A DNA stretch of 64,000 nucleotides from NCBI GenBank assembly GCA_964016885.1, contig CAXHJY010000134.1, forward strand, positions 1-64,000, in the 5' to 3' direction. The translations under genes and the position numbers were made by a program. Below are positions 24,970 through 38,833 of this stretch, piece after piece; positions within the stretch are counted from its first letter, which is position 1; the number at the start of each line of letters is the position of its first letter. Origin of the DNA: Eledone cirrhosa (taxonomy: Eukaryota). The notes beneath the pieces were generated by a model. It worked only from the letters and a program-made list of their open reading frames with translations, was not told where the DNA came from and did not search any database.

Positions 24970-25985
24970 ATCAAAATGAAAATCCGAAGGCAAGGTAAAA
25001 TTCCAATCATTTAATCACGACACATGTTTCAATAAGAGATAGATCGATTGTGAAGCCATGATCGATCATCACTGATCTCATCAGGTGAAAATGAATTGTC
25101 TTCAAATTCTTGATATGAGGGGGAAAAAATTTGCCGGCCCACATTGCAGTTGCTTGCACGCACGGATTTGGTGACACGGATTCTCAACGGGACAGCGGTA
25201 CACAAGGAGTTCAACATGAGCTGATTGCTTGGTCTTCACATGGATGGATGTGTATATACCATAACACACACTTGAAGATATGGATGTTACAATTCGATCT
25301 ATACACGTATAGCAGAACACTGAACTGAACTTATTTGCGCGCATGTGTGTGTGTGTATGTGTGTAGCGTTGGTTAACCCAATATTTCCAATTTACATCGT
25401 CAAATTGAGATTTGACCGACATAGCTTCTGTTGCTTTGTGAACTAACTTTCGGTGAGTGCTGTGTTGGTACATTCTTATATTTGTTTTTTCTCGGACATC
25501 GCTTCGGTGTGTGTGACAGTGTGTGTGTACCCACCCACGCTAATTCTACGGGTTTAATACTGTGTTGATGTGTGTATATATATGTATATATTTTTCTTTG
25601 ACCTCGAGCCGATGTATGCGGGTGTGGAGTGTGTGTGTATCCACTCACTTTTAACTGTGACTGACTGTATCCCTACAGATTTGATTGATGTCCAGCGTCT
25701 TTTGCAGCGATAGAAATCTGAAAAATGTTATGACCTTAACTAAAGCTAATAGCAGTGCCATGTCTCTGACTGACTGGTGTGTCTCCATATGAGGGAATGA
25801 ATTCTGTGAGAGAACATCGTTATTTTTTCTCCCTCATATCAAGAATTTGAAGACAATTCATTTTCACCTGATGAGTTCAGTGATGATCGATCATGGCTTC
25901 ACAATCGATCTATCTCTTATTGAAACATGTGTCGTGATTAAATGATTGGAATTTTACCTTGCCTTCGAATTTTCATTTTGATACT
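24970..25985. mobile_element. Penelope-like non-coding remnant with inverted ~160-bp terminal repeats carrying HHRs
   Basis: 24970-25130 is the reverse complement of 25821-25983, and the left end abuts (TA)n. Confidence 0.75.
25858..25944 (+). ncRNA. Type I hammerhead ribozyme (mirror copy 25015-25088, minus)
   Basis: tcac-CTGATGA(25868-25874)-..gatcgat..atcgatc..-GAAA(25922-25925)-catgt-GTC-gtga. Canonical GUC, with cleavage predicted after 25933. Confidence 0.75.
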
Positions 25986-26150
25986 TATACTCCGTTTTAC
26001 ATCATCTAGCTGTTCCCTCGAATGGAATTGGAGATATACAAAAGCGTGGAGAACTTAATATTGCTAACATTAAGTTATTGGACCATTTTACACAACCAAT
26101 AATGAACCTTACTATATAACAACTATATATATACATATATATATATATAT

Positions 26151-26970
26151 ATGAAAGACGTAAAATAAGAAAATTTTAAAAATTAAAAATTAACTTACTT
26201 ACTAAAATTTTCACTCCAACTAATTAGTTTCTGTAATGGGATAAAGATAGTTACGCAATGTAACTGTCGAGAATTCATTACGTCATCAGGGAGTCTATTC
26301 TCAGCTAAGTCTCCAGGCAATGCGCGGACACTAGGGACTCATATAAAAATAATAATAATTCGGTGGATGGAACAGCTAGCGGGGACTGAATTCCAAAGCA
26401 CTGAAAAAGTTCACTGTCTCTGGTCAAATGGTAGATTCTAAAGAATCAATCACGTGACACTAAGGCTAGTCGGAAGGAGTGGGGTGGTAAAATGACAAAA
26501 GCCTACTACCACTACAATAAGTTAGTAGTGGATTTGGCAGGTTTGCTCAACAAATAAATAATTTGGAGATAAATATAGAGAATTAGAATATTTACCGACA
26601 TATGCGTACAGATGTACACTAATGCTAGCAAATACATAAGTTATGTTATAGTACCTAGGTGGTTCAATGCAGGAAGATGCAGAACAATAATATGAAAGAC
26701 GTAAAATAAGAAAATTTTAAAAATTAAAAATTAACTTATTTACTAAAATTTTCACTCCAACTAATTAGTTTCTGTAATGGGATAAAGATAGTTGGAGTGA
26801 AAATTTTAGTAAATAAGTTAATTTTTAATTTTTAAAATTTTCTTATTTTACGTCTTTCATATTATTGTTCTGCATCCTCCTGCATTGAACCACCTAGGTA
26901 CTATGACATAACTTATGTATTTGCTAGCATTAGTGTACATCTGTACGCATATGTCGGTAAATATTCTAAT

Positions 26971-26972
<2 letters not shown>
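26151..26972 (-). mobile_element. HHR-containing 541-bp unit plus partial repeat and inverted tail; relative of 10008-10780
   Basis: Period 541 (26151 vs 26692). An inversion from ~26788 mirrors 26580-26765. Flanked by (TA)n and (TC)n. Confidence 0.75.
26213..26294 (-). ncRNA. Type I hammerhead ribozyme with long stem II
   Basis: Minus strand: actcc-CTGATGA-c-gtaatg..gacagttac-attgc-gtaactatc..cattac-a-GAAA-ctaattag-TT-ggagt. Confidence 0.8.
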
Positions 26973-27035
<63 letters not shown>

Positions 27036-27161
27036 ATACTTTGGGAGGGTCATGCTGCTAATAAAAAGACATGCATCTGTTGGAACTGTAAAAATATGCA
27101 AAACATTCCAGACGTTTAGCGTATACACGTGTATACCATCCATACCTGCACACACACACGC

Positions 27162-27214
<53 letters not shown>

Positions 27215-27248
27215 GGTATTTTTACAGTTCTATTAATGGATTGTACTT

Positions 27249-27312
<64 letters not shown>

Positions 27313-27628
27313 ATACCTATTTCACGTCTAAATATGAAAGAGCTTTGTTCCAGCTCTCTCTCTCTCTATTAGTGAGGAATTAAAAAAAAATAACCAGAGG
27401 AACGCATACTCACATACACATACTTACATACTTTTGCATTGGTGAGGTCCTTAACTCCCCATTGAGTCATAGGTGTGCCATCAGTGCTGGACTTATAAGC
27501 AACATAAGCTATAGCTTAAGGCCACACACCTTCGGGCGCCTCATTAAAAGAAAAAATAATTATTAGTTTTTATTCTTTAACACTAAATCAAACACACACG
27601 CACACACACATACATTCGCGCGCACACG

Positions 27629-27749
<121 letters not shown>

Positions 27750-27898
27750 TTTGCATATCTACTACACTAAGTATTGAGTACTTTGGTGCGTTATGGTCCA
27801 TCTGGTTCCTTACCACAATTCCTTCGTTATATATATATATATATATATATATATCACAGAAAAAAGAGAATCAGTGTTGCGACAAAAGGAATTTATTG

Positions 27899-27980
27899 GA
27901 CATATTACAATTGTTTCTCGAGGCACGATCGATGTGGTGATCAAACCTGACTCTGTGATTGCGCGGTCCTCGGATACGTC
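27899..27980 (-). ncRNA. HHR-like motif with CCGAGGA core in a (TA)n-bounded fragment
   Basis: Minus strand: gacgtat-CCGAGGA-long stem II-GAAA-caatt-GTA-atatgtc. Palindromic acaattgt stem III; stem I gacgtat/atatgtc. Confidence 0.5.
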
Positions 27981-28010
27981 TCGATTCTACGAAGTAGATT
28001 TTCGAACGCC

Positions 28011-28058
<48 letters not shown>

Positions 28059-28318
28059 GGATTAACAAATAATAGTTAAATGCAGTCCACTTAGGTGAAG
28101 TCCAGTTATGGTATTCCAGGTAGTGGATGATATTAACGCTTGGCTTGGTTTGACTCAACAAGGCGTTTTCATAGTGATGTTGCGGGTATGCTGTAATTCC
28201 TATGTTGTAAACACTTGGAGTAATAATAAATCAGGAAAGAAGGTTTACATGGTTTGATATACAAAAAAGTTTTTAATCACATAGCTTACATTTGTTTCAC
28301 TGAACTGGTAACCAGAGC

Positions 28319-29596
28319 ATGGAAAGACTAAGGAAAAATATTAGAATATTCTTTAAAAAACTAGGCCTAAGTATTACCTACGAACTAAACCATAAGAAGG
28401 TAAATTTTCAAGATGTAACTCTAAATCTAAATACTGGATTAATAGAACCTTTCCACAAAAATAATGAAAATCTTGCCTACATTAGTTACAACTCAAATCA
28501 CCCCAAATCCATAATTAAATCCATAGCACGTAGTATATCCCTCCGAATATCCCGCCTATCCTCAAACCTAGAGATCTTTAACGAGCATGCTGACTATTAT
28601 AATGCAGCATTAAGTCATAAAGATAAACTACAGTATATAGTGAATAAGGACAACATAAACAATCCTAGTAATTTCTACTCCAACCGCTCACATAATAATA
28701 GGAATAGCTTGACTAGACATAGGGTTAGACATGTAACACCTAGAGTAAACGGCCAAAACACTAATAACGTAAACCCAAGAAACAATAGAAGAAACAGACA
28801 AAGAAAATACCTATGGTTCAACCCAATATTCAACTCCTCTATAAAAACTAGACTGCCCTCTACATTCTTTAAACTAATAGATAAACACTTCCCTATCTCG
28901 CATAGATATCACAAAATACTCAATAGATCTACTATAAAACTCTCTTTCTCAACAGCAGCTAACATAGAATCACACATACGCAAGATCAACCACAGAAATA
29001 TCTCAAGTAAATCAATTGCACCTATACATAAGCACAAACTCATCACAACATCACAACCACAAGCGCATACAAACGCGCAGCAGCAAAACCCCATTGGGCA
29101 TATATCACAACCCACTTATAACAGGGTACTAAATAGGAATGTAAAAGCTGCACAAAATAGCGCCTCAAACTGCAACTGTCACCTCCCAGATAGGTGCCCA
29201 TTGGCGAACAGATGTCTCGATTCGAGCCTGGTGTACATGTGCACTGTCATCTCGGGTAACTCCACCTGGAATTACATAGGATCCACCGCGGGTTCTTTTA
29301 AGAAAAGATGGTATGTGCACAGGCACTCAATGAAAAACCGAGCACTTATGGGTTCCACCACCCTCGCCAGAAAAATATGGGAATTGAAGGACAGCAACGC
29401 TAGCTACACTATCAACTGGTCGAAGTTGTCGGCTGCTAAAACCTATAGTACAGGGATGTCCTATTGCGGGCTGTGTGATCTTGAGCTATTGTATATCCTT
29501 AGAAATGTTAAAAGGCTACTTAATAATAAGTTAGAAAGATCTATCTTCTGCAGACATAGAATAGCCACTAAATTCATAAGATTCAAACCTCCGTGA
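28319..29596 (+). CDS. Penelope-like RT C-terminus plus GIY-YIG endonuclease
   Basis: KVNFQDVTLNL, YISYNSNHPKSI, WFNPIF, CNC..CPL..C, LVYMC..YIGST..FKKRW..H, CGLCDLE..LNNK.E..CRH. Confidence 0.9.
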   Translation: MERLRKNIRIFFKKLGLSITYELNHKKVNFQDVTLNLNTGLIEPFHKNNENLAYISYNSNHPKSIIKSIARSISLRISRLSSNLEIFNEHADYYNAALSHKDKLQYIVNKDNINNPSNFYSNRSHNNRNSLTRHRVRHVTPRVNGQNTNNVNPRNNRRNRQRKYLWFNPIFNSSIKTRLPSTFFKLIDKHFPISHRYHKILNRSTIKLSFSTAANIESHIRKINHRNISSKSIAPIHKHKLITTSQPQAHTNAQQQNPIGHISQPTYNRVLNRNVKAAQNSASNCNCHLPDRCPLANRCLDSSLVYMCTVISGNSTWNYIGSTAGSFKKRWYVHRHSMKNRALMGSTTLARKIWELKDSNASYTINWSKLSAAKTYSTGMSYCGLCDLELLYILRNVKRLLNNKLERSIFCRHRIATKFIRFKPP

Positions 29597-29924
29597 ATCG
29601 AACCAACATAACATAGCTTTAAATTAGGATACCTACTACCCACAGAAATATATTCATTAAGTATACTATTTCCTTCACAAGTCTATACCACACAATTGTC
29701 TGTAAGTACCTCATCTACCAACAATCTTACTCCTTCTCAGCTGCTGCAATCATTTGATCCTAGATCCTAGTTTTTCTCATTTCACTACTACAATGTTACT
29801 TTACCTTCTTTTTGCCATAATTACAATTAGCACGCTTTTCTCTTTGCATGTATGTATATTTTTGTACGAGTGTATATTGATGTGTATGTATGTGTCTATG
29901 TACACATATATGTGTATATATATT

Positions 29925-29997
<73 letters not shown>

Positions 29998-30350
29998 AGA
30001 TATATGCGTATATTAATTCGTTAACCTCTGTATTAACTCTACAACTATTGAGCTTTGACAGTGGTCCCACTCATGTATACTGTTGAAGATGAAGAGAAAG
30101 ACTGTAAAAACTAGCTTATCTTTATAATTTAAAATTGATACACACTACGATACTTTTTGCCTTATGACAGCTGGTTTTCACGCCGTAACATTAGATACAT
30201 TATATACCCCCTACCTAAGTAATGTCAGGGTCTCCTTAAATAGTTTATTGATAGCATTGTTGTAATAATTGTTGTTGTTATTGTTCTAATTGAATGCCAT
30301 AACTACTCCATATTTTCTTTTCTTTTCTTGCCTGTGTATTTTCTTCATTC

Positions 30351-30469
30351 TCGCATGCTCCGAAGATCTGACTGGTTATAATTCTGTATTGGCGATCGAG
30401 TGACGCAAAATTAGGCGGATAGCGATCTCTAGACCTACCAGTTCAGTGAAACAAATGTAAGCTATGTGA
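30351..30469 (+). ncRNA. HHR-like motif in Penelope 3' repeat (CCGAAGA core, long stem II insert)
   Basis: tcgcatgct-CCGAAGA(30360-30366)-t-ctgactggt...accagttcag-t-GAAA(30448-30451)-caaat-GTA-agctatgtga. Confidence 0.6.
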
Positions 30470-30514
30470 TTAAAAACTTTTTTGTATAGCAAACCATGTA
30501 AACCTTCTTTCCTG

Positions 30515-30569
<55 letters not shown>

Positions 30570-30769
30570 AACGAGTAGGACCCCGACGGCTGAGCGCAAG
30601 CCGTTTCGACGGCTAATTCTGGACGGCTAATTAGTCCAGAATTAGCCGTCGAAACGGCTTGAGCTCAGCCGTCGGGGTCCTACTCGTTCCTATTACCCAC
30701 TCTACTACCCTAAGTATTGAGTACTTTGGTGCGTTATGGTCCATCTGGTTCCTTAACACATTTCCTTAG

Positions 30770-30806
<37 letters not shown>

Positions 30807-31020
30807 TAAACGGAATAGAAAATGCTGACAAATTGTTCACAGTTGAAAAATGGTTTAATTAGGAATAAAAGAGTATTAGTGATTGTATGGGTTAGTATTC
30901 AGTTGTGGTTTTAAGTTTTTAAGTTTTTACCGGTTGCGCATTTCTAAATGCTTTTCAAAAATAATTTTGAGATAGAGTGTCCGTGCTGTTTGCTCTGATC
31001 TGATTAGTTTTGGGAATTCT

Positions 31021-31250
31021 ACCTGTTTTTATGTTAAAAAAGTGGCTCCAGCGTTATTTTTGTGTTGCAAAAATGCTTGTGGTCAAAACAATTTTGATTG
31101 GTCGGTAGAGGTCATGTGAATGTAAAAAGTTGATTTTGCGCCAAGACTGTTTTTATGTTAAAAAAGTGGCTCCAGCAAAAATTCTTGGTCAAAACAATTT
31201 TGATTGGTCGGTAGAGGTCATGTGGATAAAAAATTGGTTTTGCGCCAAGA
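31021..31250. repeat. Diverged ~105-125-bp direct duplication
   Basis: ctgtttttatgttaaaaaagtggctccagc...ttgattggtcggtagaggtcatgtg...ttttgcgccaaga occurs twice. Confidence 0.75.
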
Positions 31251-31396
31251 TTGAGAAATGACTCTTTCACAACAAATATGTGTGTGTGTGTGTGTATGTG
31301 TGTGTATGTGTGTGTGTGTGTGTGTAGTAGTAGTAGTAAGGTGTTCGATGCTGCGACAATGGCCAGCAGCGATGTGTGTCAAATGGCTATTAAGAT

Positions 31397-31469
<73 letters not shown>

Positions 31470-31979
31470 GCAGAGTCATTCGAAGGTCAAAAGATATTTT
31501 TCAGCTTTTGTCTTATACGGAGAAGTGCGTGTGTGTGTGTGTGTGTGTATAAGTCTCTTTGTATGTTGATGTACGCGTGTGTATGTGTTTGTGTATATAT
31601 GTGTGTGTGTGTGTGTGTGGGTGGACCAGTATTTTTTTCCCCCTGGTAAAATGGTGTACATTATTCGATTTTTTCAGTAAAATCGGTTCTCTTAATAGAA
31701 CATAAAAAATCTTAACAATAAAAGGTGTGAAATGATATTCACTATTTATATATATTCACACATACATATATTCACTACATATATATATATATACATATAC
31801 ATATATACATACATATATATGCACATATATTTTTTTGTATTGCACCATAGAGCATGTGTGTTTACGTGTGTCATTGTGTTTATATGTGGGTAGAGATGTG
31901 TGCTATTCCGTTTACCAATATATAATAACTTGTGTGTTACACCTCTATTCTTTTAACTATATATATATATATATATATA

Positions 31980-33112
31980 GTAAAAAATTGAACGGGAACA
32001 AAACAGAGAGACAGTACGAACAAAGGTTTATTAGTTTCACGCTCTTGAGAGTGGGGTGGTGGTGGGGAACAACGTTTCGGGCATAAGCCCTTCTTCAGGT
32101 GAAAAGTGTGTGGGAAGAGAGTTCAAAGGGTGTGTAGGGGAGTGGTGGAGAGACATATAGAAAAGAGGGCGTGAGAGGAAACGGTACAAATGAAATTAAA
32201 TATAAAGGCATGATAAAAATAAAAATAAAAATACACATGAAGTAAAACAGGTGGTGGAAGGGTGTGGGGCGTGTAGGGGTGGTGGCGGGTGGAGTGGGGA
32301 GAGGGAGACGGGGTGTCCGAGCGGGGAGGGCTGAAGGTGGTGTGTGTGTGTAGGTGTAGGTGTACGTGTGTGTGTGTGTGTATGTGAAAGTAAGAGTTGG
32401 GAGAAGAACGGGGTTGCATGTTCAGGAAGAGGTGTGTGTAGGGTGGGGTGTAGGTCGGAGTGTGTGTACGTGTGTGGATAGAGGGGTGGGGGGAGAGGAT
32501 GGGTAGGTGTGAAAGTTGGAGTGAGAGGGTGTGTGTGTGTATTATAGAGGTGTTAGTGGGATGTGTGTGTGTTTGAGAAAGGGTGTGGGTGGAGCGGGGA
32601 GAGAAGGGTGTGGGGGCCGATGGAGGGAGTGTAGTGTACTGGTGTGTGTGTGCGTGTTTGGATGAGTGTGTATGTGGTGAAGGGGTGTTAGTGGGTGTTA
32701 GTATACTGGAGGTGGAGAAGGGGTTGAATGCGGGTGTGAGTGGGGGTCAGTGGTGGTAGGGTGTGTAGAGTGGGTGGTGTAAGAGGGTGTGTGTGTTCGT
32801 GTGCGTAGGGTTGGGGGGGGGTAGTGATGTTGGTTGCGTGTAGAGTGGGTGGTGTAAGTGGGTGTGTGTGTTCGTGTGCTTGGGGTCGGAGGGTGTTAGT
32901 GATGTTAGTTGCGGGGTGGTGGGGTGGATGTGTGGGGGTGAGGGTTAGTGGTGGTAGTAGGGTGTGTGTTTAGTGTGAGCGCGTGTATATATGTACCGGT
33001 GGGTGTGTGTGTGTGATAAGGAGAGGGAGGAGAAGAAGGGAGGGATATTAGTATGTTAGTTGGGGAAGGGTGGTCGGGTGTGGGGCGGAGGTGTTAGTAT
33101 TGTTAGTTGTGG
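31980..33112 (-). mobile_element. Penelope-like 3' remnant: terminal repeat with HHR core plus a G/T-skewed body, in (TA)n
   Basis: Minus strand CTGAAGA-a-gggc-ttat-gccc-GAAAc at 32074-32098. The terminal 65 bp are homologous to 59985-60050. Confidence 0.55.
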
Positions 33113-33166
<54 letters not shown>

Positions 33167-33170
<4 letters not shown>

Positions 33171-33300
33171 AGTGAAATGACAGGAGGCCAAATATGTTGA
33201 ATTTCTTTGATCTTTTTATTACTGTAAAAGCTATGCACATTTCAGTGGCCAGGTTGCGTAAGAACCTGGTGACCTCATCAGGTGTAAATTGCGTAATAGA
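33167..33300 (-). ncRNA. Degenerate HHR-like motif next to (TA)n
   Basis: Minus strand: tacac-CTGATGA-ggtcaccaggtt-cttacgc-aacctggccact-GAAA. Stem III and the cleavage triplet are unclear. Confidence 0.45.
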
Positions 33301-35198
33301 TGTATACCAACGGAATGATGGTAAGCTTTAACGAAACAAGCAAAGAAAAAACAAAGAGGAAAAAGCGTGTGCTATGCTTTTGACCCAGAGACAGACGTGT
33401 AGCGAAATCTGTCCACGCCTTGAACCCTGGGTGACACCTAAAAGTCAAATTCTAGGTCAGCATCGTTTTCGGTGTGGACAGGTTCATGCGTGGGCGATCC
33501 CTCAAGGTAGGAGATAGAAAGCGACAGGTATACACAGCCTGTATATTCCCACGTTTTACACACAGAGCGATCGGAGCAGTACGTTATTACAAGCTATGTA
33601 AAGATCACCGCTATCTACAGGTCACAGTGGTCTACAGCCAACTACAGATCATTACTCTCTCTCTCTCCTGGTCTCAGACTACACCAGCCTCACAACAACA
33701 ACAAAATAACATTCTCAACCTTCGCAACTCATGGTAACTTGTTTATTGTTCTTTTTGACTGAAGTGAAGTAAACCTTTATATATAAAGTAAATTACTATT
33801 CTTGTTATTACATCTAACAACCATGTTATTCATCTAACAATTTCTTACTAACACCACTTCGTTAAAAACGAAGTAGTACATTGCTCGCTCGTCTCTGAGT
33901 GAGGTTTTTATTTTTAACAAATCTTCCCTGATAGTTTGCTTGCGGGTATGGGGATGTATAGTTTACTTGGCGAATCAATACTACCCTCAACTCCAGCAGC
34001 CTTCGGACTGCAGGCCAGAGAGGGAGAGAATATCGTGTTACAGAAAATGGTAATTCTCCTGGGTCAAGCTAAAGTCTATGCACAACATATGGGGGGGGGG
34101 GGGGGGGGCATATTAAGTAGAGAAACAAATTCCGGTTAGGAATGTATATAAGTTGGAGTTAGGAATATTAGGAATTTTAGAAATTGAAGATTCCAATGAT
34201 AGAGTTGTGTAAATCAGGGACCTAATAAGACAAATATAATTATTTCTACTTTTGGCACAAGGCCAGCAATTACCCAGTGCATTACTGGTACTTTATTTTA
34301 TCGACCCCGTAAGGATGAAAGGCAAAGTTAACCTCGGTGGGATTTGGACTCAGACCATAAAGGGCCGTAACTCTTTGCTGCAAAGCAACCCTCTACGATA
34401 CTGCCAATCCACCGCCCTAATAAGACAAATATAATGTTAGTTAAGCTAAGCTCAGTTGCTATCCGCTTCATATTCCCCTCATAGTTCAATGTTATATTAA
34501 ATTACGATAGTAATAAGGTATGGCGGTTACCAACCGAGAAAGGCAACCCCCCATAACACACAGGGACCAAGGTCCGCCGACCGTTCCGAGTAATTACGGT
34601 TTACCGTAGAAAAAGGAAATTTTATTTATTTCCAAGCACTCAAGGGGGTGGACAGACCTAGTTGCCTCGAGTGCAGCTAGAAGGGTATCCATAGCCAGTC
34701 GGTGTCGTAACATGCCATGTATTCTTAGCCATCCATGATAGGGAAGTTAGTTCTAAAATCGAAAAGTATCAAAATTGAAGCTACATAGGGAATGGTGCCC
34801 GTAGCCTTGTATTCTTAGCCATCCATGCTGCTGAAGTTAGTGCTAAAGTCGAGAAGTATCAACATTGAAGCTACGTAGGATACAATGAGATAGGAAAAAA
34901 CTATACACAGTCCCCAACAGTCCCTAGGTTCCACGTACCGGTCAGTCCCATAATCATACTCGGCGATATCCACACAGATAAGGTACATACATTCAAACCA
35001 GGTTATCACCATAATATGAAGAATGTATCCCTAGGGGTAGGTGGGACAATCAATCAGACATATATACATATAGCTAATGGTAAATATGGGAAGGATTATT
35101 TAATGGAAAGTATAATGTATTGAGGACATAGAAAGTAAAAGAATTTAGGTAAAGGATGAGTGAGATAATACATCCTAGTAGTCATGGGAGTGAAAGAT

Positions 35199-35274
<76 letters not shown>

Positions 35275-35387
35275 GTATATATATATATATATTAGGGAGT
35301 GTTAAAGTTTGCTTGAAACATTGTGGAATATGAAAAATAGTCGTTTTGGGAGCCTCATCTGCATTGTTGAGGCTTCCAAAACGACTA

Positions 35388-35418
<31 letters not shown>

Positions 35419-35514
35419 ATACACACACACATATATTCTTTTTTTACAGAAAAGCTTCGTATTTCATATAGCTTAGGGCCTTGGCAAGTGAAGGCCCGGC
35501 CCTGGACGCCGTAG

Positions 35515-35572
35515 TGATAACGACGTTTCTTGGGCATTTATATCTAGTAGAGCTTATCCCTCTTCAGGTCAA
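35515..35572 (-). ncRNA. Degenerate HHR-like motif
   Basis: Minus strand: tgac-CTGAAGA-ggg..ccc-aa-GAAA-cgtc-GTT-atca. Stem pairing is weak. Confidence 0.35.
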
Positions 35573-35819
35573 TTTCTTCCAGAGAAACAGAGAAAACGAG
35601 AGAGACCGGAAGTGAGATAGAGGGAAAATCAACCCAAGTACTGGACTGATACTTCATTTACCGACATTGAAGCGATGGTAAATTCCACCTCAGTGGCATT
35701 TGAACTCAGAGCGGAAAAAGCCGGAAGGAATACCGCGAAGCATTTTATTTGACGTTCTAACGACTGCCAATTCGCGGTTTTATCATGCATACATACTTGG
35801 TGATTGCTTCATCTTTGCT

Positions 35820-37460
35820 GATGATTGCCGTCTCCTTATGCACCCCCATCAACCGTCACCAACTCCAGACGTCCGTTCATGGTCTCTTAGGTGGCTTTTA
35901 AGTCCAGCTGCATGGTCTGCAGCAAATGTGACAGACAAAAGATGTTCCCTGTAATGGGTTGATTGAGTCAGTTTGAAGGATGTCATCCTTATGTACCCTC
36001 ATATGCCTTTTAAGATCAGAAATTTATTTCTAGATTCTTTTGCACACCACACATGTTATCTCACTTAGTATTAGATTGATAGAGCTGCATAGAGTTGGAT
36101 TTTCATGTGATTTAAAAAGCAGTAGACGACCACACACTTCTCAAATCCAGCTCCCTATGTTTTTATTGAGGTTCATACTGTGGCTTTTTCGAAGCTGACG
36201 TTTAAGTTTTTCATGGTCAAGACGTCCCTCTTCAAACATTCTTCAGCCTTCCTTCACATGCTCTCGCCATTCAACCCTCTTTAAAGCAAGCACTTCCCAT
36301 TTCTGAACTTCAAACTGTAGATCCTGTTGTATTTTTATGCAATCTTTGTATCATTTTCTTGGTTTGTGCTGAAGGCGTTTCCCAGTGTGCAACTGATTGT
36401 AAAATAGTTGTAAAATAGTTGTTTTGCACTGCCCAGGTAAACAAAAGTACCAACTTCACTCAACCTAATTCCATGCACCATCATATTTGGCTCAATGTAT
36501 GCATCCTCTGGTGATGGGGTGAACATTACCTTAGTTTTTTTCAGATTAATTTTCATACCAAAGGCATTACAAGAAGCTACAAAACGATCCATGATGTGTT
36601 GCATGTCATCTTGAGAATGAGCCAGAAAGTCAACATCGTCTGCATACAGTTCTCTAATTAGTATTTTGAACACCTTGGACCTAAGAATTGAACCTTCTTA
36701 GGTCAAAGTTTCTTCCTGTAGTTCTAACTTGCAATAGTCCTGGAATGCATGAGTCAGCATCACAGAAAAAATCATTGAAAACAGTGTGCGAGCCGGGATA
36801 TCTCCCTGCTTCACGTCATTATCAACTGGGATTTCATTGGACAACTCTCCATTCAAGACAACCCGAGCCTTCATATTTCTGTGCAGTCGGACGAACATAT
36901 CAATAAACTTTGGTAGGCACCCTATTTTCCCTAGTATTTTCCACAGCACACCTCTGTCCACCGTATCAAAGGCCTTTGTCAGATCGACAAAAACCTGATA
37001 CATTTCTCCTGAGAGAAAATCATATCAATTGTCCCTCTGCCAGATCTAAATCCACTTTGTGATTCAGAGATGACTATACGACAAATGTCCTCCATCAACC
37101 TGTTCAACAATAATCTAGCAATAACTTTGCCTATGGATTCCAACAGAGTGATGCCACGGTAGTGATCGCAAAATCGTCCAACCCCTTTATCTTTAACACA
37201 CCTACAGGGTGTCCATCTGATCCAGGTGCCTTACCTGTGTTTAACTTGTTGATGGCAATTTTAACCTCATTATAATCTGGTAATCGATCCAATTTAATAT
37301 TTACTTCACATTGGGGGATGCCATCTAGCACATCATGATCAACTGATGAGGGCTTATCAAATAAATCAGTGAAATGTTCTTGCCAATGCTTAAGGATTTT
37401 CTCTGATTCCTTGATGATGGCAGTGTCGTCTTTGGACCTTATGGGAACAATAGGGCTGCT
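35820..37460 (-). mobile_element. Degenerate RTE-clade LINE RT fragment
   Basis: KAPGSDG, SQSGFRSGRGTIDMIF, VFVDLTKAFDTV, VKQGDIPA, LYADDVDF and FVYLGS, with frameshifts. Confidence 0.85.
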
Positions 37461-38833
37461 CAGACATAGGATTCTCCATCAAAGTTAGTCCCTGTCAAAG
37501 GAAGACACGACAACAATGTTATGATAAGATCCCTGCCGCCTATGTGCAGATTTACAACTGCGTGCTTCCAACTGATCAGGTCTGTACACGTCGCCACTCC
37601 TCCATCGCCATAAGATTTTCATCTGATAAAATGACAGGTGAGATCACAAGAGAGGCATCTGTATATCATGGGATTATAGTGGTGGGATTATAGTGGTGAT
37701 TTTTGTATGGTGACAAGCCTGAACCTGATGAACCGTAATCACATCAACTGCAGGATTTATTTTTTTTAGAAAGGTAATGTAACAACACCTTGGGGTCCTT
37801 CACTCCCAGTTTATTTTCTTTTTACTCACACCTGTAAATGAGTTGCAATAATTCGCTTACTTTTTCATAAACGTAGACCAGGGACCCGTTTGAAAGTTAA
37901 AATGTTAAAAGGGTTATAAAACAAGTATATATAAAAATAATTATTTAAAAGTTTTTATTTTAAAGTTAAAAAAAAATCTTTTATCAAGTATATATATATG
38001 GACACACAGACAGGCGGGCAATCAATTACCCCCACGCACCCACACAATATATTCATATTTACACACAAGCTTGGTGGGGTTGCCGGTTTAGTCGCCGACG
38101 ACTCGACTATGCGACAGGTTGTACTGGGTTACATGTTACCAGTACCACTGAAGAGCGACCTGACATACATACATACATACATACATACATACATACATAC
38201 ATACATACATACATACATGCATGCATGCATACATACATACATACATACATACATACATACATACATACATACATACATACATACATACATACATGGTGGC
38301 TGCCAACTCGTTTTCGAGTACGGCCACTACTTTATATCCATGTAGGAGAACCCCTACCGATGCGCTGAACGAGTGTGACTTTTTAGTCCAGCCAGCGACT
38401 TGAAAACTCTGGTACAAACACCACACTTGTGACAATTACTGACACATAGTGTTGGGCCCATGGTACCATGTGACGACAAGTGTAGAGAGATCTCCAGATA
38501 TAAAGCAATGCCTGTGCCGTGAAGCTTTTATAGTGAGCAAAGGCACTGCACAAAGCCAGTCACACACATATATATACACATACATATACACATATATGTA
38601 CACACACACATACATACACATGTACACACACATATATACATATATATGTACACACACATATACACATATATGTACACACATATACATATCCATGTACACA
38701 CATATATACACATATATGTACACATACATATACACACACATGCACACATACACATGTACACACATATACATATACATATACATATATATGCACACACACA
38801 CACACATATACATACATATGTACACATATATAT

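Larger units (their letters stand above)
28058..30520 (+). mobile_element. 5'-truncated Penelope-like element with inverted terminal repeat at its 5' junction
   Basis: RT C-terminus/GIY-YIG ORF. 28227-28310 is the reverse complement of 30436-30519. Both ends lie in (TA)n. Confidence 0.85.

Noticed and set aside
24336-24979. Many YI/CV/HT/MYVC-rich ORFs here and elsewhere (e.g. 38136-38882, 47028-47325)
   Set aside because: Translations of (TA)n, (CA)n and (TACA)n microsatellites.
33301-33880. Possible solo LTR (TG...CA)
   Set aside because: LTR-like composition but no matching TSD (ataga vs ttgct) and no second copy in the window.
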